15,548 nucleotides of DNA from a virus. Its lineage: Duplodnaviria; Heunggongvirae; Uroviricota; Caudoviricetes. Both the position numbers and the translations under genes were made by a program. Below are positions 1 through 9,800 of this stretch, piece by piece (positions within the stretch are counted from its first letter, which is position 1; each line of letters starts with the position of its first letter). The notes beneath the pieces are model-generated. The model did no database searches. It saw nothing but the letters and a program-made list of their open reading frames with translations, and was not told where the DNA came from. Where the stretch lies: IMG/VR virus record IMGVR_UViG_2636416166_000011. One strand, written 5' to 3'.

Positions 1-303
1 CTCCGGACGTAAATCACCATCCTTTGGTGCATTCAGAAACGCGTTCAGTGTCCCCGGTGCATCAGTCGGTGCCACATCAATATCCCCGACACGGGTTGGC
101 TGCCAGCCGTTACAGTGAAGCGCAACCTCGTAATACCCCGGCTCAGCCTCAATCACATAAGCACCGTTATTGTCCGTCACGCAAGTGGCAACAACGTGTG
201 CCACAACGGTCGGACTGGTTCTTCTGGCCCGCAGTTCAATCGCACAATTTACGACAGGTTTACCCGCCCCATCTTTCAGTACACCTGAAATCTTTACTGC
301 CAT
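1..303 (-). CDS. stf: Side tail fibre protein Stf, N-terminal 101 codons (partial; continues beyond window start)
   Basis: Minus-strand ATG at 303..301; translation MAVKISGVLKDGAGKPVVNCAIELRARR... matches my recollection of the lambda Stf N-terminus (MAVKISGVLKDG.GKPV.NC). Lies immediately downstream of lom as in lambda. Open to the window edge. Confidence 0.75.
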   Translation of the reverse strand, partial: MAVKISGVLKDGAGKPVVNCAIELRARRTSPTVVAHVVATCVTDNNGAYVIEAEPGYYEVALHCNGWQPTRVGDIDVAPTDAPGTLNAFLNAPKDGDLRPE

Positions 304-313
304 ATTCACCCCA

Positions 314-340
314 CAAAAAGCCCGCCTGAACCAGCGGGCT
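314..340 (-). terminator. Rho-independent terminator downstream of lom
   Basis: Minus strand reads AGCCCGC-TGGTTCAG-GCGGGCT followed by TTTTTGTGGGG: 7-bp GC-rich stem (plus 319..325 / 334..340) with T-run (plus A-run 314..318). Sits 27 nt after the lom stop. Confidence 0.6.
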
Positions 341-366
341 GTCATAACACTGTGTTACCTGGCTAA

Positions 367-966
367 TCAGAACTTATAACCGACACCCACGATGAAACCG
401 TCAGTGCGCCAGTCGCCACTGCCGGAACCTTCATAAGCAAGGTCAATGGCCACGGATTCGGTCGGGTTAAACTGCACGCCAGCCCCCCACGCCAGAGACG
501 TGTTGCTGTGGCGGTTGTCATCACTCCCGGTCAGCACATCGTGCGTTTTCCCCTTGTTGTCAGTTACGCGGAGATAATCCCCGGAGAAGGTCGACACACG
601 GCTGTAAGCCACGCCCGCCATCGCATACGCGCTGAACCATTCATTCACGCGCACAGACGGCCCCGCCATCACGCTGAACCAGCGGTTACGCACGGAATCC
701 TCATGCCAGCGGGTATCGCTGTAATGCGTTTTTTGCTCATCTTCAGCGTTGGCATAGCTGAATGACGTCACCAGCCCCAACGTGTCCGTAAACTCATAAC
801 GGTATTTCACGTTAATGCCCTTCAGGTCATCGCTGCCTGGCATATCAGTATGGGGCTGAAGATACCCGGCGCTCAGCGTGGACTGATGTTCAGACGCCCA
901 TGCAGGCGCACCGGATACAGCCAGACAGATGGCTGCGGACAAAATGGCTGCACAAACTTTACGCAT
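367..966 (-). CDS. lom: Lom outer-membrane protein (Ail/Lom family beta-barrel), 199 aa
   Basis: ORF 367..966, ATG start with GAGAGG Shine-Dalgarno upstream; N-terminal signal peptide (MRKVCAAILSAAICLAVSGAPAWA); C-terminal aromatic residue (…GVGYKF) typical of OMP barrels; position between J and stf as in lambda. Confidence 0.9.
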   Translation of the reverse strand: MRKVCAAILSAAICLAVSGAPAWASEHQSTLSAGYLQPHTDMPGSDDLKGINVKYRYEFTDTLGLVTSFSYANAEDEQKTHYSDTRWHEDSVRNRWFSVMAGPSVRVNEWFSAYAMAGVAYSRVSTFSGDYLRVTDNKGKTHDVLTGSDDNRHSNTSLAWGAGVQFNPTESVAIDLAYEGSGSGDWRTDGFIVGVGYKF

Positions 967-990
967 AATTACCTCTCGCTTTTCTGCAAT

Positions 991-1014
991 AAAAAAGGCA
1001 CCATTTCTGGTGCC
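991..1014 (-). terminator. Rho-independent terminator between J and lom
   Basis: Minus strand GGCACCA-GAAA-TGGTGCC followed by TTTTTTATTG (plus stem 997..1003 / 1008..1014, A-run 991..996). Starts 20 nt after the J stop. Confidence 0.6.
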
Positions 1015-1033
1015 CGTATCTGGGTTATAAAAT

Positions 1034-4000
1034 TCAGCTAATCGTGATGCCTGCAGTGGCTTTCTTCATCACAACAACCAGCAAATCGCTGATACTTGCT
1101 GTGGGATACCAGCCATTTACCAGCCATGCCGATACAGAAAACTCCAGCGTCATGTGACCGTGACCGGCAGGCATATCAATAACACCCGTATATATCAGCG
1201 TATTATCCAGGGTCGTTCGGTTATAAATTTCAGCACCGTTTTTCTTCACTATCAGGCTGCATGACGAATAAATATTGTTATTCTTCCGCTCATGTTTAGC
1301 ACCGCGAAACGCCACCGCGGGAATAACAATTTGCCGATCAAACGGCTGATCGTCATAAACCCTGACGGTAATGGTCCCTGATGGCCACCTCTCCGGTGCC
1401 CGGGAGTCCCGTGGGAAAGGTTTGCCCACTGTTTTAACGAGATCGCCTTCAATCTGGTTCGCGGACAATTTTCCCAGAACCCGACAGTTCTTATTAATCG
1501 TGACGTTGTTGAGCGTCCCGGAGTTCGCGTTCACGTTACCGCTGATATCGGCATTTTTCGCCGTCAGCCGTCCGCCAGGTGTCAGGGAAAATGCCGGAGG
1601 ATTACCGCCGCTGGTAATGGTCGGAGCCGTCAGGCGTTTCAGGAACACGTCGTTCATGAATATCTGATCGCCCTGACCAACAAACATCGGCTTTGTGTTG
1701 CCATTCGCAGGATTAATCATCGCAATCCTGTCTGCCGCCAGCAGCACCTGACTCTGCATTCCTGCTGGCGTATTCTCAATACCGGCACCGATACCCGCAA
1801 TATAAAGGCGTCCGTCCTTCATCTGTTGCAGCTTCACAGCCCACATGCTGTTCAGGTTATTATTTGTATCAACCTGAACTTTCTGTATCTGCTGGATTGC
1901 AGCACTCTGATTTTCCAGTTTTTTATTGACGGTTTGCGTGATTTCATTGCTGACATTCGTAATGGACGTCCTGATTTCAGTCAGGTCCGGCGCAAGCTGA
2001 CCGTTATCAATCTGCGTCCACAACTCCTTGCCGAGATGCGTGTTATTGATCAACCCTTTATAAAAACTCAGATAACCTTCCGCATCATCGCTCGCCCGAC
2101 CGACGGCCTCCACAAATGCCGATTTGCCAACGGTGTTCACACTGCGAACGTAAAAATAATAATCATGGCCCGGCCTGATATTGATACTGGCGGCTATCCA
2201 GTACAGCGCCGTGCCAAGATAGCGGGCGCTGGTTTCAACCTGCCTGATATCCGCAATCCGCTTTTCCGAAAACCAGAACTCAAACTGCACCGTCGGGTCG
2301 TATACAGCCAGTTTCGGGACCGCCGTTATCTGAAAATACCCCGGTATCAGTTCAATAGTGACGGCGCTGCCGGTGCGGCAATCCGGAACGATACCGACGC
2401 CGGATCGCCCTGCTGCCCCCGGGCATTTACCGCCCGGACTGTCAGACTGTAATTCCCCAGCGCCAGCTGCCTGAAGCGGTATGTGGTTTCCGTCGTCCTG
2501 GCTGTGCTGACCAGCCGCTCACTGCCGTCATCCGCTGCCACGGTCAGGCGAAGCAGGAAGCTCACACCCTTCACCACCTTCGGCGTGTCCCATCGCGCCA
2601 GCACCTGATATTCCCCGCTGTCTGCGGTGACTTCGGCGGTCAGATGCTGCACCGCTGGCGGCGTGACACCATTCACCGTGCCGCGCCGGTCACCGTCAAA
2701 GTGTGCCCCGTTATCCACGATGGCCTCTTTTTCCGGCACATGCTGCACGGCGGTGATGGCATACGTGCCGTCGTCGTTCTCACGGATACTCACGCAGCGG
2801 AACAGGCGCTGGCGCAGCGTCGGCAGCTTCAGCCCCCACACGCTGTATTCTGCAACGCCGTCAGGAACCCGGCTCACTTTCACCTTCACGCCGTCGGTGA
2901 CGGACTGAACCTCCACGCTGACCGGATTGCCATTTCCGTCAACCAGGCTTATCAGCGTGGTACAGGAGGACGGCAGCGTGATTTCACGGTCGAGCGTCAG
3001 CGTCCGGGTCTGGCTGTTCACCGCCAGTACGCGACCACCGGTGCTGATACCGGCATAATCATCATCGCAGATTTCAATGACATCACCCGGTACATGGCGA
3101 AGCCCTTCTGCGCCGACGCTGAAGTCCACGGTCTGCGTTTCCAGCAGTTCCGTTTTAATCAGCCACAGCCCGGCGCGGTGCGCCTGTCCCCGGCTGGTAC
3201 AGCCAAAGGCATCCATCTTCGTGACGTTACGACCGTAACGGAGAATGGCCTGCGCGTCCTCCACAAGCTCTGTCGCCGTCTCATGACCGTTGTCCGGATC
3301 AATCCAGTTCACCTCAACGACATTATGGCGGTCCTTCAGGGCGCTGAAGCTGTAGCGGAACGGCGCGCCATCATCCGGCATCACCACATTACTGCGGTTA
3401 TAGGTCCACACTTTATCCGACGGTCGGTCCTGCACGAACGTCAGCGTCTGCCCGTTCCATACCGGCATACAGCGCATCGCCGAGCAGAAATCACTGAGAA
3501 CATCCCACGCCTTACGCTGTGTGGTCAGGTAAGCGTTACAGGTGATGCGCGGCTCCGTGCCGCCAAATCCGTCCGGCACTGACTGGTCGCAGTACTGGCC
3601 GATGACATACAGCGCCCATTTGTCCACATCTGCCGCACCAAGACGTTTCCCCATGCCGTAGCGCGGATGAGTGAGCATGTCCCACCGACACCAGGCCATG
3701 TTGTTGCTGTATGCTGGCTTAAGCGTTCCGTCCCAGATACCGCTGTATTGCCGCGTCTGCGGGTTATAGTTCGACGGCACCTGCAGAATGCGCCCGCGAA
3801 GATGATAATTGCGACTCACCTGCTGGTTACCGAACTGCTCTGAATCCACCTGCACGCCGACCAGCGCCGTGTTCGGGTAGCACTGTTTCACATCGATGAT
3901 TTCGGTGTATGACGACCAGAGCGTTTTGTTCTGCAGCTGGTCTGTGGTGCTGTCCGGCGTCATCCTGCGCATCCGGATATTAAACGGGCGCGGCGGCAGG

Positions 4001-4512
4001 TTACCCACCACCACCGAGGCCAGATACTGCGAAGTGGTTTTGCCCTTAATGGTGATGTCTTTTTCCGTCACCCAGCCACCGTTACGCTGTATCTGAACCA
4101 GCAGGCGGACTTCCGACGGATTCCGGTCCCCCTTTGAGGTGTTTTCCACCAGTGCCTGCACACCGAAGGTCAGGCGCAGACGATCAATGTTTGCCGACGT
4201 GATGGTCCGGGTGATCGGCGTGTCGTATTTCACTTCCGTACCCAGCACAGTCTCTGAGCCGGAAGATTCAACCCCCTCCGGCGGTGTCTGCTCCTGCTCG
4301 CCGGCGCGGAACACCACCGTAACACCGGAAAAGTTTGTCTTCCCCTCGCTGTCCAGGACTGGCGTACCGTTCAGCAGCACGCTTTTTAATCCATCCACCG
4401 GACCGTCAACCGGCCCTTCGCTGATGGCATCAATCACACTCAGCAACTGCGTGGATTTCAGGTTGTCCTTCGCTTCGCGCGGGGTATGCCCCTTACTGCT
4501 GCCTTTACCCAT
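1034..4512 (-). pseudogene. J: Tail tip host-specificity protein J (central fibre), reading frame broken near 2356..2361
   Basis: Two ORFs in different frames: 2347..4512 (721 aa, MGKGSSKGHTPREAKDN... ends ...[13 protein letters not shown]) and a second frame open from upstream of 2400 to 1034 (…[33 protein letters not shown]… to …[10 protein letters not shown]). Lambda J as I recall it reads ...[19 protein letters not shown]..., so the two frames join with an apparent 1-nt deletion in minus-strand TCAC-TATTGAA. Combined length about 1159 codons versus 1132 in lambda. Confidence 0.85.
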
Positions 4513-4533
4513 TCCTCACGCTCCATAAACGAC

Positions 4534-4554
4534 AAAACCGCCCGCAGGCGGTTT
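4534..4554 (-). terminator. Candidate stem-loop (weak terminator/attenuator) in the I-J intergenic region
   Basis: Minus strand AAACCGCC-TGCG-GGCGGTTT followed by TGTCGTTT; 6-bp GC stem (plus 4537..4542 / 4547..4552). T-run is interrupted, so termination efficiency is doubtful. Confidence 0.3.
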
Positions 4555-4572
4555 CACATGAAACATTTTGCA

Positions 4573-5214
4573 TCAGCGACCAATCACCACAACCTGACCA
4601 CCATCCCCTTCGTCTGCCGTGCTGATCTCCTGAGATACCACCCGCGACCCCACGCGCATTTCACCGTACAGAACAGGCAGAACATTGCCCTGGGCAACCA
4701 TGTTATCCAGTGAGGAGAAACAGGTGTTCTGTTTGCCGTTATCCGTTGTCTGTGTACGGGGAGTTCTGGCTTTCGGTGCCAGCATCTGTGCAACACCGCC
4801 AAGCGTCATACTGGCACCGAGAGAAAACAGCAGATTACTCGCCATAATTCCTACCCCCGGCATCCATATAGCAACCGCCATAACAGCTGCCCCCAGCACC
4901 GCCTGAAACACACCGCCACTTTTAGCTCCCACCAGACGCGGTACTATGTGGATCACTGCACCATTTGCCAGCGGCTCATTAAGACGGGCAGACAATTCGG
5001 TTTCACCTGCATCACGCCCGGCAATGCGCACCTGATACCAGCCGTCACTCAGTTTCTGACGAAACGCCGGGAGCTGTGTGGCCAGTGCGCGGATGGCTTC
5101 AGCCCCCGTTTTCACACGAAGGTCGATGCGGCGGCCAAATCGTTGCAAATCCCCGTAAAGGCAGATGCGTGCCATTCCCGGTGACGCCAGAGGGAGTGTG
5201 TGCGTCGCTGCCAT
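4573..5214 (-). CDS. I: Tail tip assembly protein I, 213 aa
   Basis: Translation MAATHTLPLASPGMARICLYGDLQRFGRRIDLRVKTGAEAIRALATQLPAFRQKLSDGWYQVRIAGRD... and C-terminus ...VLYGEMRVGSRVVSQEISTADEGDGGQVVVIGR match lambda gpI as I recall it; central hydrophobic segment. Confidence 0.85.
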   Translation of the reverse strand: MAATHTLPLASPGMARICLYGDLQRFGRRIDLRVKTGAEAIRALATQLPAFRQKLSDGWYQVRIAGRDAGETELSARLNEPLANGAVIHIVPRLVGAKSGGVFQAVLGAAVMAVAIWMPGVGIMASNLLFSLGASMTLGGVAQMLAPKARTPRTQTTDNGKQNTCFSSLDNMVAQGNVLPVLYGEMRVGSRVVSQEISTADEGDGGQVVVIGR

Positions 5215-5855
5215 TTGTCGGTATACCTCTCTCGTTTACTCAGTTGTTCAGGAATATGGTGCAGCAGCTCACCGTCGCCGCAGTAAATGGCGGCATGATT
5301 CGGCACCGATGAACCAAAACAGCACAGCAGCACATCGCCCGGTTGTGCTGATGACAACGGCACCTGATACAGCCCTGTGGCCTCCAGATTATCCAGATAG
5401 AGATTCTGACCGTGACGCCACCAGTCATCCCCGCGATGAAAATCCGGCATCTCAATCCCCGCCAGATGATAAGCATCCCGGAACAGCGTGTAACAGTCCG
5501 TCACCCCGTGCTCAAAGCGCCGCCCGGTGAGATGCGGCACACAGCGGAACTTGTGAATCGCCCCCCGGCAGACCAGCCACCACGGCAAATCACTCTGCAC
5601 CTGCAGCCGCCGGTCAGCCTCACTCAGCCAGGGCAGACCACCGGGATGACTGTGGACCAGTGCCACAATCTCCCCCTGCATCTCTGCCCGCAGCCAGTCT
5701 TCCGGTGCGATACGAAAATACGCCTCCGGCTCTGCAGAAATATTCACACAAGGGATATACCGCTCCCCCTCCGGCGTTCTCACCACGAAGCCACACGACT
5801 CCGCTGGCGCACATCGCCGGGCGTGCGCCAGAATCGCTGATTCTGTCTGTGTCAT
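5112..5855 (-). CDS. K: Tail tip assembly protein K (MPN/JAMM plus NlpC/P60-like domains), 247 aa
   Basis: The six-frame ORF 5112..6119 is over-extended; the real start is the ATG at 5855 (MTQTESAILAHARRCAPAESCGFVV...), 4 nt after the L stop. Contains HSHPGG (JAMM-like) and Cys/His/His residues (VTDCY, NHAAIY, LLHH) of an NlpC/P60-type fold. Overlaps I by 103 nt. Confidence 0.8.
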   Translation of the reverse strand: MTQTESAILAHARRCAPAESCGFVVRTPEGERYIPCVNISAEPEAYFRIAPEDWLRAEMQGEIVALVHSHPGGLPWLSEADRRLQVQSDLPWWLVCRGAIHKFRCVPHLTGRRFEHGVTDCYTLFRDAYHLAGIEMPDFHRGDDWWRHGQNLYLDNLEATGLYQVPLSSAQPGDVLLCCFGSSVPNHAAIYCGDGELLHHIPEQLSKRERYTDKWQRRTHSLWRHREWHASAFTGICNDLAAASTFV

Positions 5856-5859
5856 GGAT

Positions 5860-6559
5860 TTACTGAGAAAGTTTATTGATGGAAAGGAAACCGCCGAAAT
5901 TACCGGTATTGTTGCGCAACTCACACCCGCGCATACACTTGCTGCATTTGTCCTTCCGGATATCCGTCGTTGGTTTGTCGAACTCGTCAGCCACTGCCCT
6001 GCCCGTGTAACCACACTCATCAGAACGGTAGGTCCACATACAGGTATTCGCCAGCATGATACGCCCCGGGAAAACCGCGCCATCCGTCTCCGTTGGTGTG
6101 GCCAGCACAAAAGAGGCACTGACCGCGCTCAGTTCGCTGCACTGCTCGATGCGCCAGCGGCTGATCACCTCCTGCTCCGGATCGGCGTCACTGTTTCCGT
6201 TGACGAAGTTCACCGCATCCAGAAAACGGGCGTAAACCTTACGCCGGACCACCGTTCCGCCGACCAGACTCTGCAGATCTTCCGCCATCCCGGCGACCAT
6301 ACCGTACAGGTTAGAAACCGTCAGCGTGGGGCGCGTACTGGTGCCTTTGCCATTCAGTTCAAAACCACTCCCCCTGAATGGGATACGGCTGATACTGTCG
6401 CCCCTGCCAGGTGACCGGCTCACCTTTTTCGTTCTGCTCATTACAGAAAAAATAACGTTCTCCACCGACCTCTGTCAGGTCGATTTCCCAGAGCACCACG
6501 CTGGCCGACTGCTCCGCACGGGTGCATTCATTCAGTGTTTCCTGCCGGATATCCTGCAT
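5860..6559 (-). pseudogene. L: Tail tip protein L, reading frame broken at a C5/G5 homopolymer (6370..6374)
   Basis: N-terminal ORF 6359..6559 (MQDIRQETLNECTRAEQSASVVLWEIDLTEVGGERYFFCNEQNEKGEPVTWQGRQYQPYPIQGEWF*) and second frame down to 5860 (…GSGFELNGKGTSTRPTLTVSNLYGM…FGGFLSINKLSQ*). Removing one G from minus-strand CAGGGGGAG gives ...YPIQGSGFELNGKG..., the lambda gpL sequence as I recall it. ATGA overlap with the M stop at 6559. Confidence 0.85.
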
Positions 6560-6888
6560 CAGTTCACCACCTGTTCAAAATCGGCCGTTACAGTCACCCA
6601 TAACGCCCCCACGCTTGCCGACCATTTACGACAAGCCACCCTGATCGGTTTCCAGTCATAAGGTGGCGTCCACTGAAATGCGCGGACGCCACCGTGCCGT
6701 TCCAGAAAGGCTTTTAAAGGTGGGTGTTCACCTTTACGAACACGTATCGTCACGCTGTAAGTCGACAGCAGATTATTCAGTCCCGCCGGGCGACGCTGTT
6801 CATAACCATCACCCAGCTTCACTGCCACCACTTTTGGCTCTGATACCACATTCATATCCGGGCGCACCTTCCAGCGAAACGTCTCCAT
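6559..6888 (-). CDS. M: Tail tip protein M, 109 aa
   Basis: METFRWKVRPDMNVVSEPKVVAVKLGDGYEQRRPAGLNNLLSTYSVTIRV...FEQVVN; same length as lambda gpM and collinear with it as I recall; start overlaps the H stop (TAATG). Confidence 0.85.
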   Translation of the reverse strand: METFRWKVRPDMNVVSEPKVVAVKLGDGYEQRRPAGLNNLLSTYSVTIRVRKGEHPPLKAFLERHGGVRAFQWTPPYDWKPIRVACRKWSASVGALWVTVTADFEQVVN

Positions 6889-9800
6889 TACCGGTATGCT
6901 CCACTTAACCGGCCACCATCACGGGCCTGCTGTTGCATAAAGTCCGCGGCCGCTTTTTTCCCGAGGTCATAAACCACCTTCAGTGCTGCCGGACCTATCT
7001 GCCCGTTCGTGCCGTCGTTATTGATCCCGATGTTGTACTGCGGGGCAAACATCACCATGCCTGAACCACCAGTATCCGCCACAACCCCCAGCTTACCATC
7101 AGCACCGCGACGCAGTGGCAGAATGGCTTTAGGTCCCGCTTCCCCCATCACACCCGCGCCTTTTGCAAAAGCAAAAAACGTCGGACGGTTAACCACCGTG
7201 CCACTGTAGCGACTCAAATCAGCAGACTGGTAAACACCGCCATCAGCATTAGTCGTGAAGCCGAATAAAGAGCCGACGCCCTTTACCGCCTGCATCATGG
7301 CCATCTGTGCCATAATTCTGGCCATATCTGACAACAGGGAAGAGGTGAAGGATTTAAAATTCAGCTTACCGGTGGTACAGAATGTCGCCAGTGCATTACC
7401 GGCACTGCTGAATGCCACTGTAAACATCTGTTCTGCCGTTCCCACCGCATTATCCGCATCCGCCGTAAAATTCTGAAACGCCCGCATGGCACCGTTTTTC
7501 CAGTCGCCCTGCGCCACTTCCAGTTCCTGCCAGTAGCGTTTGTTTTCATTCAGTTGTCGCTTCAGGCTCCCCTTCAGCACCTCCTCAGCCCTCCGGTAGT
7601 CCTCCGTCCCGTAAGTGCCTTTCTGGCGACTGTCATTCTCAAGCTGTTGCAACTGTTGCCGGTATTCCTGCCGGATGCGCAACTGTGCCTGGTAGCGCTG
7701 CCGCTGCTTATCCCCCATACCTGCAGTGGCAATATCCAGATTGTGCTGCTCACGCAGTGCACGTTCTTTGTCTGCCAGCTGGCTGGTCAGCTGAACCGTT
7801 TTTTTTCTCAGGTCGTTAAGCGCTGTCTGTTTCTGCAGCTCCTGCTGTTTCACATCCAGCAGCGTCAGCGCCTGAATCAGCTCATTCTTACGGGCCAGCA
7901 CACTCTTTTCATCTGCCGTCAGCTTTTTCCCGTCCAGGTCGCTGATGCGCTGCTGCAGGGCCAGAAGCTGTTTATGCGCTTCAGTCATCCTTTCAGTGGC
8001 AATGCCTGCTGACTGTCTGGCAGCAGCAATCTGCCCTTCCACCTGTGCCTGCTGCTGACTGTACTGCAGCAATAACCGGGTGGCCTCATCATTACGGGTT
8101 GCCCGTGTATTTTTCTTAATGGCTTTTTCGTAACGTTCATTTTCACGCTGTATCGCCGCATCCCTGACAGCCTGGTCGGCGTACTGCATGGCATTAATAC
8201 GCGCAATTTCCCGCTGATGTCGTGCAGCTTCCGTTTCATTCATCCGGTTCAGCGCGGCATTTTCAGCATTCCGGCGTTTCTGTTGCTCCTGGTAATTCCG
8301 TTCTGCCTGCGCTTTTGCATCCTGCAAATCCTTCCGGCGTTTTTTCTCCTGAAGATCGTTAAGACGCTGCTGATCGTACTCCACCTGTGTGGAGGCGTTT
8401 GTCCACGGATATTTTTTCGCGCGCTGAATTTTTTCCTGTAACGCATCAATCTGCGCATCCAGCGAGTCTTCACGACCAATATTCATGGCCGCATCCCAGA
8501 ACTGCTTCCACCAGTCAGACAAGGTTTGCAGCGTACTACCCAGCGCATTGAGATTATTATCAATATCAGATGTGCGTTTACCGGTTTCCTCTGCCAGCGC
8601 AGACATGGCGATCCGGGCCGCATCACTGGACCGCCCCTGCTCCCCAAGGACGCGTATCTGCTCAAGCTGAGTGGCAGTCAAAAAATGCAGCGCATTGTCC
8701 AGCGCCTTCGCGGCATTTACAGGATCATCCTTCAGCCGCTTAAACTGATTTATGGTATCGCTGACCGACTGGCCAACCGATCGCTCCATCTGTGCGGCAG
8801 CTTTCGCCACCATACCAATATCGTTTCCATGAAATGCCCCACTGCCCACCACCTGTGCCAGCGCACCGGCTGCCGCATGTTGCGTGATACCATTCCCGGA
8901 TATGGCCCGGCTGAGTTTCCACAACTGCCCGACAGTGACACCGGCATAATGTCCCGTCAGCGCCAGCTGACGGTTAAATTCCTCGCCCTCCTTCCGGCCG
9001 TCATGCCAGGCTTTACCCAGACCCAGGACCGCCGCGACAAGTCCGCCAATAACGCCGCCAGTCATCATGCCTTTCGGCGACATCAGTGCGCCTGTCCATC
9101 CGGCACGGTTAGCCAGCGTTATCCCGGATCCCCTCAGCGCACCAAAATTGCCGCGCGCCATCTGACTGATTAACACCCCCAGCTCCCGCCGGGCTGCCGC
9201 ACTTTTCAGCCCCAGCGAATGTGTGGCTTTTCCTGCCCGCTCCATTTTGCGGATATACACTTCTGCAGCACTGCTTACCCCCAGCTGAGCCGCCCTGGCG
9301 CGAAGCAACTCAGAAGACGACAGATTCTGGCGGGTTGCCTGCTCTTTAAGCTGGCGGATAAACGCCGCTTTCTGCCGGGTGGCCTGTTCCTCTGCCTGCG
9401 TCAGGGCACGGGTTTTCGCCGTGATCTCCGAAATCAGCGCCAGATAATCCTGCTGACCAACCCCGCCACTGTTTCTGGCCTGTCGGATCTGCTGCTGAAT
9501 ACGCTGTAATTCCTGAAGCCCCGCACCGGCCTGTTTCACACTGTCAATCTGGCGATAAAAGGCGGCAGCCGCTTTATCCTGCGCCTCCGCCAGTGCCCTG
9601 GCCTGCGCCTGTTCCTCGCGCATTTTCTGATTCAGGGCATCCACGCGCAGACGGGTTTGTTCCACCTCACGGGCCATGCGTTCATGAGCCCGTGCATTCT
9701 TCTCCACCGTCTGCGCATGGGCTGATGCTGCTGTTGCAGCCGAAGAAGCCGCATGCATTGTCTGCCGGGCCGCCTGAGTCTGACGCTCCATAAAACGCTG

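Noticed and set aside
24-329. 101-aa plus-strand ORF at the window start
   Set aside because: Antisense to the well-supported stf N-terminus; Pro/Gln/Ser-rich with no domain-like features.
967-990. Sigma-70 promoter for lom between the J terminator and the lom start
   Set aside because: Only 24 nt are available and no acceptable -35/-10 pair with correct spacing is present; a TTGCAG hexamer has no matching -10 upstream of the start codon.
2644-3582. 312-aa plus-strand ORF (and 1826..2452 plus, 208 aa) lying antisense inside J
   Set aside because: Arg/His/Ala-rich, low-complexity translation with no start context; typical spurious antisense ORF in GC-rich coding DNA, fully overlapped by the strongly supported J frame.
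5112-6119. Full 335-aa six-frame ORF as a single gene
   Set aside because: The first 88 codons overlap the L 3' end in another frame; the real K start is the ATG at 5855 (MTQTESAIL...), which lies 4 nt after the L stop.
5860-6465. Treating the 66-aa and 201-aa ORFs (L) and the two J ORFs as separate genes
   Set aside because: In each case the two frames join into one lambda-like protein once a single-base indel is allowed, so they are segments of one disrupted gene.
7554-8012. Plus-strand ORFs inside H (7554..8012, 8526..9173 and several 60-90 aa ORFs)
   Set aside because: All lie antisense within the tape-measure gene; Leu/Gln/Arg-rich artefacts of the repetitive coiled-coil coding sequence.
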